Shown: positions 1-8,743 of the stretch, one piece after another | Position numbering within the stretch: position 1 is the stretch's first letter | Layout of the letters: each line of letters opens with the position of its first letter | Origin: Xylanibacter ruminicola 23 | Lineage (GTDB): Bacteria; Bacteroidota; Bacteroidia; Bacteroidales; Bacteroidaceae | DNA: 32,000 nucleotides | Direction of reading: 5' to 3' | Assembly: GCF_000025925.1 (NCBI RefSeq) | Contig: NC_014033.1 | Location: 600,001 to 632,000 of the forward strand | The notes under the pieces: generated by a model | Database searches by the model: none | Told to the model about the DNA's origin: nothing | What the model saw: only the letters and a program-made list of their open reading frames with translations | Program-made: the position numbers and the translations under genes

Positions 1-2
1 GC

Positions 3-86
3 ATCCAGTACAAGGCCAATGCCTTCACTGAGGCTGACAGCCCTATGACCGACGGTGTAATTCTGCAGGAAGAACTGAAATGGTAA
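3..86 (+). CDS. 3' end of a CDS entering from the left edge (product unknown)
   Basis: The frame is open from position 3 to TAA 84-86 (...IQYKANAFTEADSPMTDGVILQEELKW*). Its stop overlaps the ATG of the next gene (ATGGTAA), an operon-type junction. It is too short to assign. Confidence 0.25.
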   Translation: MQYKANAFTEADSPMTDGVILQEELKW

Positions 87-559
87 GCGAGATGTTCGAC
101 AAAGCAATTCAGTTTCTGAAAGACCACAAAGAGATTGCCTTCGCTACCAGCGAGGGCAATTTGCCTAAGTTGCGCATCTTCCAGATTATGAAGCAGGAAG
201 GGCATGTGCTCTACTTCGCCACTTCTGCTAAGAAGGCTGTCTATCGGGAGTTACGCCAGAATCCCAATGTTGAGATACTGGCCTACGCAGATAATATTTC
301 CGTTAGATGTTCTGGTATGGTGAACTTCAACGTGGAAGACGATGTGAAGCGATGGATTTATGACCATAATCCCGTGCTGTCCCGCCTCTATACGAGCTAT
401 GACCAGATGGAATACTTCTGCCTGCCAATAGCAGAGATGGACTATTTCGACCTGTCTCCAACACCGCCGGTATTCCAACATTTCGATCTCATTTCAGGCG
501 AAATAGGCAACGGTTTCGTTGGTGAGAGATACAAGAAATTGCGATGCTCGCAGAAGTAG
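80..559 (+). CDS. Pyridoxamine 5'-phosphate oxidase-like (FMN-binding split-barrel) family protein
   Basis: 159-aa ATG ORF. The N-terminal pattern (AIQFLKDHKEIAFATSEGNLPKLRIFQIM...VLYFATSAKKAVYRELRQNPNVEI) is typical of general-stress/PNPOx-like split-barrel proteins. Confidence 0.65.
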   Translation: MVSEMFDKAIQFLKDHKEIAFATSEGNLPKLRIFQIMKQEGHVLYFATSAKKAVYRELRQNPNVEILAYADNISVRCSGMVNFNVEDDVKRWIYDHNPVLSRLYTSYDQMEYFCLPIAEMDYFDLSPTPPVFQHFDLISGEIGNGFVGERYKKLRCSQK

Positions 560-799
560 ATACCCTGCCATGTGCCGAGATTCAACTTTTGTTAAAACTG
601 ATGGCAAAGATAGCGATTTTACGCTGATTATTGGTAATTTTGCAACAAAAGTTCTTTTTTTTATGAAAAGCGAACAAGTTCGAGCGGCGAAAATGGGCTG
701 CATCTCAGCAAAAAGCAAGCTTTCTGCATTCGATTTGCACCATCTTTGCCACCATATTTAAATGAATTTAGGGCAAAAGAGTATTATAAAACAAATAAT

Positions 800-940
800 A
801 TGAAGAGTTTTAAGTCAACAGCGTGGCTACTGCCACAACCAGTGCTGATTATCGGCACTTACGATAAAGAAGGAAAGCTCAAGCATAAATGCTGCAAGGA
901 CTGTGGCCGTAGAGATTATTGTTCAGACCCGATAAAATAA
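800..940 (+). pseudogene. Truncated flavin reductase-like (flavoredoxin-type) N-terminal fragment
   Basis: MKSFKSTAWLLPQPVLIIGTYDKEGK matches the usual N-terminus of flavin reductase-like FMN-binding proteins. The sequence then becomes non-homologous and stops after 46 codons. A neighbouring frame still reads ..INAA.., as expected for the family. Confidence 0.35.
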
Positions 941-946
941 ACGAAT

Positions 947-1462
947 ATGAGGAAATCAAGCAGAGAAATGGATGCCACCTTCGCTTTTGAGGTGCTGGAT
1001 AAGGCTCCGTATGTCACCGTCAGTTTTACACGACTAGATGGTAGCCCTTATGGTGTACCCTTGTCATTGGTACGTACAGACGATAAGACTTTCTACTTCC
1101 ATTGTGCTATGGAAGGAGAAAAACTGGACTGTATAACAGCTAACCCGATTGTTGCATTGTCGGCAGTCACCAGATGCACTCCTACCGTTGGCCCAAAGGA
1201 CGGAAGTTTTTCACTCCAATATAAATCAGCGATGGCAGTTGGAAAAGCAGAAATCGTATCAGATAGAGAAGAGAAGATAGAGGCTCTGAGGGCAATATGT
1301 CTGCGTTTTCTCCCCAAACATATGGATGCCTTTGATGATGCAATCCAGCGTAGTTTAGAAAGAACGGCAGTAGTTAAGATAACTCTTACAGCACCTCCTA
1401 CTGGTAAGCGTAAACAGTATGACAAGCAGGGGGAAGAAATGAAATGGGGACGAATGGAATGA
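947..1462 (+). CDS. PNPOx-superfamily protein, Nim (5-nitroimidazole reductase)-like
   Basis: 171 aa. REMDATFAFEVLDKAPYVTVSF..DGSPYGVPLSLV..DKTFYFHCAMEGEKLDCITANP parallels the Nim/Pyridox_ox_2 pattern (R.M.R....E......L......G.L....DG.PY.VPLSY....IYFHSA..G.K...I..NP). Confidence 0.6.
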   Translation: MRKSSREMDATFAFEVLDKAPYVTVSFTRLDGSPYGVPLSLVRTDDKTFYFHCAMEGEKLDCITANPIVALSAVTRCTPTVGPKDGSFSLQYKSAMAVGKAEIVSDREEKIEALRAICLRFLPKHMDAFDDAIQRSLERTAVVKITLTAPPTGKRKQYDKQGEEMKWGRME

Positions 1463-1505
1463 ACAAAGTACGAATCACAGCCATACGTCAGACTGTCTAT
1501 CATGA

Positions 1506-1910
1506 TCAATCGATTTTTATCTCTCTTATGACATCAAGTGGGACTTTCTTCCCGTTTGTAAACTCGATGCACTTTTCGTATTCATCGATGCGTTTCACAT
1601 TACCGGTATAAGACTGATAGGAACCTCCTGCCTTATGCTCGTCTGGCACGAAATACTCGATGGTCACAGAAGGATGCTCTGGCAATATGGAAACAATCAA
1701 TTCCATTTTTCGATTCATTTCCTCATTGCCTGATTCACTCAAACCTAACCAGTCGTCCGTCAAACGGCCTGACTCCTGAATGGCTGCGTCGTAGCCAGTC
1801 AATGCGGCGAAGGGTGCAAACTGGGCTGCACGGTTCCACATCGACATCCTTGGATGATGCTTGGGCTCGTAGTGTGGCTGATTGATGATGTCGTCGTAAT
1901 CGTTGGTCAT
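1506..1910 (-). CDS. YolD-like protein (accessory partner of a Y-family polymerase)
   Basis: 134 aa. It is translationally coupled (4-nt ATGA overlap) to the upstream polymerase gene. The pattern R.S.W...AQFAPFAALTGYD...(acidic linker)...VTIEYF....GG.Y...TG.VKRID......IEF.NG..VPLD.I..I fits YolD-like proteins. Confidence 0.65.
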   Translation of the reverse strand: MTNDYDDIINQPHYEPKHHPRMSMWNRAAQFAPFAALTGYDAAIQESGRLTDDWLGLSESGNEEMNRKMELIVSILPEHPSVTIEYFVPDEHKAGGSYQSYTGNVKRIDEYEKCIEFTNGKKVPLDVIREIKID

Positions 1911-3418
1911 GCCTTGTGTCCTCCTATTTGTTCGTTACGTTCCTTGGCAGTGGCTCCCTCCTCGAAATTCAGGCCTCTGAGGATGGCGTTCTTGCCGAAA
2001 CGCTGTTTGATTTTCAACTGTGCTTCCTGCATTCGGCGTTCTTTGTCCAGCTTTGCTTGCTCCTCCTGACGCTGTTTCTCTAATGCTTCGTAATCAGTGA
2101 AGAGATCAAGCTGCTGGGGAGCATTGGCCTGTGCAAATACCGATGCCTCCGATACCACATGGTTCGTTGTCAGGTTCAGCCTGCGAATCAGCAAATCTGG
2201 ATTCACATGGCTGTCAAACAACTCTGAAGCACCTTCCATGATAAGGCGCGAGGATGATGTGGGTTTCTCGAAATTGAACGTGCCGTGAGCATGTTTTGGC
2301 ACATTCTTCCCGTAATAATTAGCAGTAATCTCACCGTGATATTTCTCACGAATTTCTGGTCGTGTCAGACATTCTGCATCATAACCTACGGTCAGCACCA
2401 GCTGGTCAGTCATCAGACGCTTCGATACGAGATCGAGTGCCATTCCTTCTGCCATTTCCTGTATCACCACACGGGCTTTCTTGAATGTGTAAGGCTCCTG
2501 CAGCACCTGTCCGCTACTGAAGGAGTTGGTCTCAGGACGATATGCCTTTACAGACTCCATCGTACACGGCTCCCATCCCCAAGCATGGTCTATCAGCAGT
2601 TCGGCATTCACGCCAAAGAGCCGGTAAAGCAATCCTTCGTTCTGTACAGACATCCTGGCCAACTTACCCATCGTGTCAATACCATAGACAGCCAGTTTCT
2701 CAGCGATTCCACGTCCTACACGCCAGAACTTCGTGATAGGCTGGTAGTCCCACAACTCACGTCGATACGACATTTCATCTAGTTCTGCGATACGCACTCC
2801 GTCTTTGTCGGCAGGTGCTTTCTTGGCTACAATGTCCATTGCCACCTTTGCCAGATACATGTTTGTGCCGATGCCAGCCGTAGCTGTGATGCCCGTAGTG
2901 GCCAGCACGTCGCGGATCATCTTCATGGCTAGTTCATGCGCCGACAACTTATAGGTTCTCAGATAGGCTGTCACATCCATAAACACCTCGTCGATGCTAT
3001 AGACATGAATATCCTCTGGAGCAATGTATTTCAAGTAGGTCTCATAGACCTTGGTGCTCACCTCCATGTAGTGAGCCATACGTGGCGGTGCAGCGATATA
3101 GTCGAGTTCGAGACTTGGATTGGCTTTCAGTTCCGGGCCATTGTAGAATTTGCCTGTCATCCTCCACCCGGCAGATCTCTTGCGCTCGTTGTTCACCTCG
3201 CGCACTCTCTGAACCACCTCGAACAGTCGCGCACGTCCTCCGATGCCATAAGCTTTGAGCGAAGGAGAAACAGCCAGACAAATGGTTTTCTCCGTCCGGC
3301 TTACATCTGCTACCACGAGATTGGTGGTCAGCGGGTCAAACCCTCTGTCCACACACTCCACTGAAGCGTAAAACGACTTCAGATCGATGGCAATATATGT
3401 CCGCTGCTGCTCCGACAT
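1907..3418 (-). CDS. Y-family (DinB/UmuC/UvrX-like) translesion DNA polymerase
   Basis: 503 aa. The N-terminus YIAIDLKSFYASVECVDRGFDP..TNLVVAD, then SIDEVFMDVT and ...TATAGIGTNMYLAKVAMD, are hallmark Y-family palm and finger motifs. Confidence 0.9.
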   Translation of the reverse strand: MSEQQRTYIAIDLKSFYASVECVDRGFDPLTTNLVVADVSRTEKTICLAVSPSLKAYGIGGRARLFEVVQRVREVNNERKRSAGWRMTGKFYNGPELKANPSLELDYIAAPPRMAHYMEVSTKVYETYLKYIAPEDIHVYSIDEVFMDVTAYLRTYKLSAHELAMKMIRDVLATTGITATAGIGTNMYLAKVAMDIVAKKAPADKDGVRIAELDEMSYRRELWDYQPITKFWRVGRGIAEKLAVYGIDTMGKLARMSVQNEGLLYRLFGVNAELLIDHAWGWEPCTMESVKAYRPETNSFSSGQVLQEPYTFKKARVVIQEMAEGMALDLVSKRLMTDQLVLTVGYDAECLTRPEIREKYHGEITANYYGKNVPKHAHGTFNFEKPTSSSRLIMEGASELFDSHVNPDLLIRRLNLTTNHVVSEASVFAQANAPQQLDLFTDYEALEKQRQEEQAKLDKERRMQEAQLKIKQRFGKNAILRGLNFEEGATAKERNEQIGGHKA

Positions 3419-3484
3419 ACCTTAATTATTCTCAAAAACAGCCACAAAATTACTCATAAAACCTCAGAATTTATCAGAAATGAC

Positions 3485-3492
3485 TAATTTTG
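3485..3492 (+). promoter_or_regulatory. Bacteroidota -7 promoter box TAATTTTG upstream of the acetyltransferase gene
   Basis: Exact match to the TAnnTTTG consensus, 43 nt upstream of ATG 3535. The longer ORF start at 3490 lies inside this box and is therefore unlikely. Confidence 0.45.
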
Positions 3493-3534
3493 CAACAAAG
3501 TTTAATAATACAGGCAGATAAATCGGAATTTACA

Positions 3535-4194
3535 ATGATGAAGACAAACTATAAGGTAATTGACAGAGATAAATACTATAGGAAAGGTGTATTCCGTCAC
3601 TTTTCAGAAGATTGTAAATGCTCTACTTCCATAACAGCGAGGATAGACGTAACAGAACTTGTTGGATATTCCAAGAAAACAGGGACAAAGTTTTATATCA
3701 ACTTCCTGTATGTCCTCTCCAAGGTGATGAATTCCCGTGAAGACTACAGAATGGGGTATCTTTGGCAGACGGATGAACTCATCTGCTACGACGTGATAAA
3801 TCCAACACAGTATGTTTTTCATGAAGATACGGAAACATGCACACCTGTCTATACAGAATACTTTGAGAACTACGAAAAGTTCTATGCTTCTGCTTTGCGG
3901 GATGTTGAAGAGGCAAAGAAAACAAGGGAATACGGACTGGATATGGCGAACCACCCGAACTGGTTTGATGCATCGTTCATATCATGGCTCTCATACGATT
4001 CGCTGAACATAGAACTGCCCGATGGGCATCTGTATTTTGCGCCTATCGTCAACTGGGGGAAATACAGGGAAGAAAACGGCAGGCTTGTCATGCCAGTGAC
4101 TGTTCGCCTGAATCATGCGATTGCTGATGGCTATCTGGTTGCAAATGTATTCCGCCTCTTGAAGCAAGAAATCAAGGCGTTTGTAGAGAGATAA
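3535..4194 (+). CDS. cat: Type-A chloramphenicol O-acetyltransferase (CatA-like) family protein
   Basis: Collinear with classical CAT. Shared stretches include YFAPIVNWGKY..ENGRLVMPVTVRLNHAIADGY (CAT: YFAPVFTMAKF...LLPVSVQVHHAVCDGFH) and VFHEDTETC (CAT: VFHQETETF). The catalytic His is retained. The start was moved to MMKTNYK. Confidence 0.85.
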   Translation: MMKTNYKVIDRDKYYRKGVFRHFSEDCKCSTSITARIDVTELVGYSKKTGTKFYINFLYVLSKVMNSREDYRMGYLWQTDELICYDVINPTQYVFHEDTETCTPVYTEYFENYEKFYASALRDVEEAKKTREYGLDMANHPNWFDASFISWLSYDSLNIELPDGHLYFAPIVNWGKYREENGRLVMPVTVRLNHAIADGYLVANVFRLLKQEIKAFVER

Positions 4195-4246
4195 TGGTTA
4201 AATTCCAATTTAGCTGATAGCAGATCATCAATTTCAATATCACATC

Positions 4247-4450
4247 ATGAAACTGAAGAAACGAAAAATCAAGTATTCGGCAATATTCCTTCTCTGCTGG
4301 TTTGCCTTTCTGGTCTTTCTGGTGGATGGAGTTCTGAAATTCCAGACATTGGTTGACTATTTCGGCTCGTATGCTTTGGTAGAGGTTGTGTTGCTGCTAT
4401 TGGTCATTCTACCCACATCGACTGTTTACAGACTTACAAAAGAAACATGA
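4247..4450 (+). CDS. Small predicted membrane protein (two hydrophobic helices)
   Basis: 67 aa, with a basic N-terminus MKLKKRKIK followed by two hydrophobic stretches. A 4-nt ATGA overlap with the next gene suggests coupling. Confidence 0.4.
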   Translation: MKLKKRKIKYSAIFLLCWFAFLVFLVDGVLKFQTLVDYFGSYALVEVVLLLLVILPTSTVYRLTKET

Positions 4451-5271
4451 CGCTGACCTACATCTTCCATAGCGGCTTTGTGCTTGAAACGGAGCAGTCC
4501 ATCCTAGTATTCGACTACTGGATGGATCCCAGTGGTGTGATGGATGGTGTGCTAAGGAGCGAGAAGCCCATGTATGTCTTCTCCAGCCACTTCCACGAAG
4601 ACCACTTTACGAAGGATATCTTTGAGTGGAAGAAGCTGCGTGAAGGTATCACCTACATTCTCTCCAAGGACATCTACAAACATCGGAGAGCCAGCAAGGA
4701 GGATGCTGACGTATGGTTGGCAAAAGGTGGTATATGGTCTGACGATACCATATCCGTATGGGCGTTAGGCAGCACAGACAGCGGCGTATCGTGGATTGTT
4801 GAGACTGAGGACAAGGCTGCGAATAAGCGAGAGCAGAGCCAAACTTGCTTGGAGTCTGCCGAGCGTAAGCAGGCTCGACCAAAGGTCAAACGTATCTTTC
4901 ATGCGGGTGACCTGAACAACTGGTATGCCAAGTTCCTGTCAGACGACAATCCTGATCAGCAGCGATACAGCTTTGAGATGGAGGAGGTGTTTAACCCGAT
5001 AGCTCACGAGAAGCAATTCCTTGGCGAGCTGAAGGACATCCGCAAGGTTGCCGACAGTTTCGATGTGGTGATGTTTCCCATAGATGGACGTGTCGGCAAC
5101 GGCTATACCCTTGGTGGCCGGCAATTCATCGAGCGGTTCAAGGTCGGACTGTTCGTTCCTATGCACTTCACTACAGGCTTCGAATCTTCATGGCGCATGA
5201 AGGAATTTACTGACGAAAAGGACATCACTTTCTGGGAAATCAACAGGGAAGGAGAAACTATTGAAATCTGA
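4447..5271 (+). CDS. MBL-fold metallo-hydrolase
   Basis: 274 aa. It has the HFHEDH metal-binding motif (HxHxDH) and a later HAGD. The N-terminus TYIFHSGFVLE...LVFDYW is typical of UlaG-like MBL proteins. It also carries a charged low-complexity insert. Confidence 0.75.
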   Translation: MTLTYIFHSGFVLETEQSILVFDYWMDPSGVMDGVLRSEKPMYVFSSHFHEDHFTKDIFEWKKLREGITYILSKDIYKHRRASKEDADVWLAKGGIWSDDTISVWALGSTDSGVSWIVETEDKAANKREQSQTCLESAERKQARPKVKRIFHAGDLNNWYAKFLSDDNPDQQRYSFEMEEVFNPIAHEKQFLGELKDIRKVADSFDVVMFPIDGRVGNGYTLGGRQFIERFKVGLFVPMHFTTGFESSWRMKEFTDEKDITFWEINREGETIEI

Positions 5272-5424
5272 GTGCCGCTCGGCTTTGCCGCTTGCCTAAG
5301 CAAGAACTTTTTCCTATCAATATACGTCTTACAGATAGAAAAAGAATATATCTTTTAAATTGCATTTTATAAATCATCTGTGCCAACTGCTATATTATTG
5401 CCTAACTTTTATATAAACTTGTTT

Positions 5425-7926
5425 TTATAACTCTATCACACGGAAAGTGTAAGGGGGTAGCGTGAGGGCGTTGGGGCCTGCTACTCCTTGCTTCATCTCA
5501 AGCGTCTGGTCGGTGGGCTGACCGCTGAATTCCTCGGTCTTGCTGTCGGCTGGGATAGTGAGGCCGTTGGCTTTGATGGTGAGCTCTACGGGCAGGGCGT
5601 TTACCAACTTGAGATAGCGACGGCCGGTGGCACTGTGGCGAACCAGACTGACGCCTACGCGATGTTTAAGTTCGGGGGCAATCTGGATGTCGGTGCTCAC
5701 GTACTTGTCGCCACCATATACCGAGAACATGCGCTGAACATGGTAGGCAGGGGTGGGGCGGACTTCGGTGTTAGAGAAGTAGATCATGTCGGGATCCCAG
5801 TTGTGGTGCTTATCCTTGGCCAGCATCGGGGCGTAGCTGGTCATCTCTACCACGTCGCCATTGCGCTCAACATCGGTGAGATAGAGGGCTTCGGCCAGTG
5901 CGGTCTCGATATTGGGACGCTTGACATTGGTTGAGGCTGCATATTCGCCAAGATAAACCTTAGGCATGGTGCGATCGTAACCGTCGTAATAGTTGCGATG
6001 GTGCATGAACCAACCGGTTGACTCGTAGTAGTGCTCATCAACCATATACTGCAGCTCGGGATGGCGCTTGGTGAAGTCCCATCCTTCGACGTAATCGGCA
6101 CTTGGGGCGTGGAAAGGTCCTACGGTGCCACAAATCTTAATCTCGGGATATTTCTGACGGATGGCCTTGCAGATCATCTCGTAGCGCTCTTCGAACACGG
6201 TGCCGATGATGTCCTCGTTGCCTATACCTATATATTTAAGGTTGAATGGGGCGGGGTGACCGGCATCAGCGCGAAGCTTGGCCCACTTGGAGGTGGCGGG
6301 ATCGCCATTGGCCCACTCAATCAGGTCGAGCAGCTCCTGGATGTAAGCTGGCATCTGATCCATAGGGATGCCGCACTGCTGACCGCCTATACCCTGGGCG
6401 TTGGCGGCTGAGTTCTGGCATGGAACGCCTGCTGCAAGCACTGGGAGTGGCTCGGCACCGATGTCTTCGCAGAACTGGAAATACTCGAAGAATCCCAGTC
6501 CGCGTGTCTGATGATAGCCCCAGATATTGAAGTCGGGTTTGCGGTCCTGAAGTGGACCTACGGTGTGGTTCCAATGGTAGATATTGTCGAGGCCCTGACC
6601 ATGGCTCATGCAACCGCCTGGGAAACGGACGAACTTGGGCTTTAGGTCGGCGATGACCTGAGCTAAGTCGCGACGCAGACCGTTAGGACGGTTCATAAAT
6701 GTTTCTTGTGGAAAGAGCGAAATCATATCGAGTCCCACACGGACGGACTTCTGCGGAATGATGGCCAGATGGGCCTTGGTGCAGCTCTTCTTGGTGCTGA
6801 GCACGCAGGTGTACTGTTGCCAATCGGTGCCCTGGGTTTTGAGTTTGCTGCTGGCAAGTATGGTGCCATCGGTGCCTATTAGCTGAATCGTGAAGTTCTG
6901 CTTCTGACCGTCGGCCAGAACATACATCGAGAAGTTGTACTTATGGCCGGCCTCTACGGCGATGCCATCCCAACCCTCGTTCCACAGTGTGTCGGCAGCA
7001 ATCACTGCATAGTGGGGATTGTTGCTGCTGAGTGGGTGCTGGGTGGAAATATCGATAGGACTGGCTGAGTGCCAGGCGGTGGTGGCGTTCCACTCGCGAC
7101 GATCTTTTGCGTTGTATTCGAAGTCGCGGTTCTGAATCAGTTCGGCATACAGACCGCCATCGGCAGCATAGCTGATGTCTTCGAAGAAGATACCTATCAG
7201 TTTGTCGCTGATGGTCTTCTCGCTGTTGCTCACGTGAAGTGTGGCTGTCACAGGCTGATGGGGCTGCAGGGAATTCTTGGCATCGTCGTGCATGCGCTCA
7301 CTGCTGAGACGTGCGTCGGCCTGCAACTGTTGGAAGTGACTAGTGATGGTGCTGAGCTCCTGCGCTGTGATGTCGAAGGTGTTGCCCTCGTGCAACTTGC
7401 CTGCTATGGTGGCGGTGTCGCGCGTCCAGGCAGCCTGATCGATCAGGCTCTTCTGGTCTTTGCTGAATTGACGGAAGTTGCCTGATGCAGATACCCAGCG
7501 CTTGTCGCCGGTTTTCGTCTGATAATAGATGTCGAAGGTGCCATTGTCATTGGCAAAGACTACCGGCTTGAGGCACTGTGGCGTTGACATCACAGGATAG
7601 TCTTGTGGGCGCCAGGTTACCAAGTTGCGGCTATAGGCTGCGGCAAAGAGTGGTGAACTGTCGTTGACCTGAAACACCAGGCGCCAGGTGCCATCGGCAG
7701 CGCGGGCCACTGAGGGGTGGTACATACGCTTCTCGGCTCCCCATGTGCCATAGTCGGACGAGCACAGCTGACCCAGCTCCTGCCAACCGTTGTGGGTGAA
7801 TTGTGCTACATGCAAGCCGGCGTGCTCACCTGGGCTATAGACAAACACGCGCTTGGTGGTCTGAGCGCAAACGCTGATAGACGCTGTGGCGAAAATGCCT
7901 AAGAGGTAAAATCTTGATTTCTTCAT
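5425..7926 (-). CDS. GH51 alpha-L-arabinofuranosidase, copy 1, secreted, with an extra N-terminal domain of about 230 aa
   Basis: ADGGLYAELIQNRDFE, the acid/base motif IGIGNED and the nucleophile motif YLGEYA are GH51 signatures. The start is set at MKKSRFYLLGIFATASISVCAQ (signal peptide), not the upstream in-frame ATG at 7959. Confidence 0.9.
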   Translation of the reverse strand: MKKSRFYLLGIFATASISVCAQTTKRVFVYSPGEHAGLHVAQFTHNGWQELGQLCSSDYGTWGAEKRMYHPSVARAADGTWRLVFQVNDSSPLFAAAYSRNLVTWRPQDYPVMSTPQCLKPVVFANDNGTFDIYYQTKTGDKRWVSASGNFRQFSKDQKSLIDQAAWTRDTATIAGKLHEGNTFDITAQELSTITSHFQQLQADARLSSERMHDDAKNSLQPHQPVTATLHVSNSEKTISDKLIGIFFEDISYAADGGLYAELIQNRDFEYNAKDRREWNATTAWHSASPIDISTQHPLSSNNPHYAVIAADTLWNEGWDGIAVEAGHKYNFSMYVLADGQKQNFTIQLIGTDGTILASSKLKTQGTDWQQYTCVLSTKKSCTKAHLAIIPQKSVRVGLDMISLFPQETFMNRPNGLRRDLAQVIADLKPKFVRFPGGCMSHGQGLDNIYHWNHTVGPLQDRKPDFNIWGYHQTRGLGFFEYFQFCEDIGAEPLPVLAAGVPCQNSAANAQGIGGQQCGIPMDQMPAYIQELLDLIEWANGDPATSKWAKLRADAGHPAPFNLKYIGIGNEDIIGTVFEERYEMICKAIRQKYPEIKICGTVGPFHAPSADYVEGWDFTKRHPELQYMVDEHYYESTGWFMHHRNYYDGYDRTMPKVYLGEYAASTNVKRPNIETALAEALYLTDVERNGDVVEMTSYAPMLAKDKHHNWDPDMIYFSNTEVRPTPAYHVQRMFSVYGGDKYVSTDIQIAPELKHRVGVSLVRHSATGRRYLKLVNALPVELTIKANGLTIPADSKTEEFSGQPTDQTLEMKQGVAGPNALTLPPYTFRVIEL

Positions 7927-7956
7927 TATTATTGTGTCATTAATTCTTTGAGGATG

Positions 7957-7964
7957 CAAAGGTA
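7957..7964 (-). promoter_or_regulatory. -7 box TACCTTTG (minus strand) for GH51 copy 1
   Basis: The reverse complement of caaaggta matches TAnnTTTG, about 30 nt upstream of ATG 7926. Confidence 0.45.
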
Positions 7965-8039
7965 ATGAATTATAGCGTAAAAATGCAAGTGAAATTCAGA
8001 AAAATTTGCTTGGGAAGGAAATATCTTCAAAAACTTTTG

Positions 8040-8047
8040 TATATTTG
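8040..8047 (+). promoter_or_regulatory. -7 box TATATTTG, a copy of the promoter that drives the second GH51 gene at 22084-22091, here pointing into the 11.3-kb segment
   Basis: Matches TAnnTTTG and lies inside the duplicated block. The block ends 9 nt before the position where the start codon sits in copy 2. Confidence 0.4.
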
Positions 8048-8091
8048 CACCAGATATGATTATTACTATCTTTTTAAAACGTTACTATTTT

Positions 8092-8147
8092 GGGACATTT
8101 TTTGTTGCAAAACGTTTTTTCTTGCATAGTTCTTCTTTATTTCCGAT
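8092..8147 (+). repeat. Short intergenic repeat, copy a (GGGACaTTTTTTGTTGCAAAACGTTTTTTCTTGCATAGTTCTTCTTTATTTCCGAT)
   Basis: About 56 nt, similar to 8744-8799; its first 39 nt or so resemble 19372-19410. It starts exactly at the right end of the 2.7-kb repeat. Confidence 0.7.
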
Positions 8148-8154
8148 TTTTTTG

Positions 8155-8162
8155 TATCTTTG
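8155..8162 (+). promoter_or_regulatory. -7 box TATCTTTG upstream of the 8173 gene
   Basis: Matches TAnnTTTG, 11 nt before ATG 8173. Confidence 0.4.
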
Positions 8163-8172
8163 CACCTTGGAT

Positions 8173-8622
8173 ATGAAACAGAATAATAACCATAGGACCG
8201 AGGAGGATTATTATATAGAGAGTAAAAGGCTTAGGGCTGAAGTGATGCAGATAGCAGATACTTTGAAGAATTGCCCTATGCGTTTTACTGTTACTAATGG
8301 CATTAGAATGGATGTTGAGGTCACAAAGTCTGATTTAAAAACCATCGCTAGTAAGAATACCCAAGATAACCGATTCAATGCTTTTAAGAATAAACTCGCA
8401 CAGGATATCAAAGGTTTTATTGAAAAGGCAAAATATGAGGGATGGCGTGAGGTTATACCTGGCAAGCATCCAGAAACAGCTTTTTTTGCATATTTTAGTC
8501 GTGAACTTGGCGAAAAGGCCTATCTATGTATCCGTAAAATTAGTAATACGGGGTTGTTTAAACCATACGCAATAATAGACCAAAAAACTTTTGATGCCGA
8601 AATACAAAACCTTAGAAAATAA
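8173..8622 (+). CDS. Hypothetical protein (149 aa), no confident family assignment
   Basis: ATG ORF beginning MKQNNNHRTEED. The upstream part of the 188-aa track ORF runs through promoter and repeat sequence and is rejected. It faintly resembles small nuclease-like modules found on Bacteroidales mobile elements, but this is unverified. Confidence 0.5.
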   Translation: MKQNNNHRTEEDYYIESKRLRAEVMQIADTLKNCPMRFTVTNGIRMDVEVTKSDLKTIASKNTQDNRFNAFKNKLAQDIKGFIEKAKYEGWREVIPGKHPETAFFAYFSRELGEKAYLCIRKISNTGLFKPYAIIDQKTFDAEIQNLRK

Positions 8623-8679
8623 AAAACCGCTGAACTGATTTGCTAACCCGATTACGGTGCTACTCTTTCATTTCAGCGG
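8616..8679 (-). terminator. Hairpin CCGCTGAA/TTCAGCGG followed, on the minus strand, by TTTTTTATTTT
   Basis: An 8-bp stem (8627-8634 and 8672-8679) with a 37-nt loop. The A-run 8616-8626 reads as a T-run on the minus strand. It could also help terminate the plus-strand gene ending at 8622. Confidence 0.35.
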
Positions 8680-8743
8680 GAGGAAATCGTTTCCTTTCAT
8701 GGTGCAAAGATACGAAGTAATCCTGAAACTTCCAAATATTTGG

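Larger units (their letters stand above)
5394..8092. repeat. 2,699-bp direct repeat, copy 1 (whole GH51 gene plus bidirectional promoter region)
   Basis: Aligns without indels at a constant offset of 14,044 nt to 19438-22136. By eye I count about twenty mismatches, and the two encoded proteins differ at 11 residues. Confidence 0.95.

Noticed and set aside
494-761. ORFs 519-761 (+) and 494-718 (-) in the 560-800 intergenic region
   Set aside because: They overlap each other and promoter-like boxes (TATCTTTG on the minus strand near 604-611, TAATTTTG near 634-641). Nothing about them looks coding. A 32-codon ATG ORF at 663 is too short to support.
5488-7485. Several 84-148-aa ORFs on the plus strand within GH51 copy 1, and their duplicates at 19532-21631
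   Set aside because: They are shadow ORFs opposite a well-supported gene. They are duplicated only because the whole block is duplicated.
5394-8092. Explanation of the 2.7-kb direct repeats as an insertion sequence or composite transposon
   Set aside because: Each repeat consists of an intact glycoside hydrolase gene and its promoter. There is no transposase, terminal inverted repeat or target-site duplication.
8056-8172. N-terminal extensions of the track ORFs 8056-8622 and 22100-24706 (MIITIFLKRYYF...)
   Set aside because: The extensions begin within about 10 nt of the -7 promoter box and run through untranslated leader and repeat sequence. Downstream ATGs give a proper signal peptide (22145) or a sensible start (8173).
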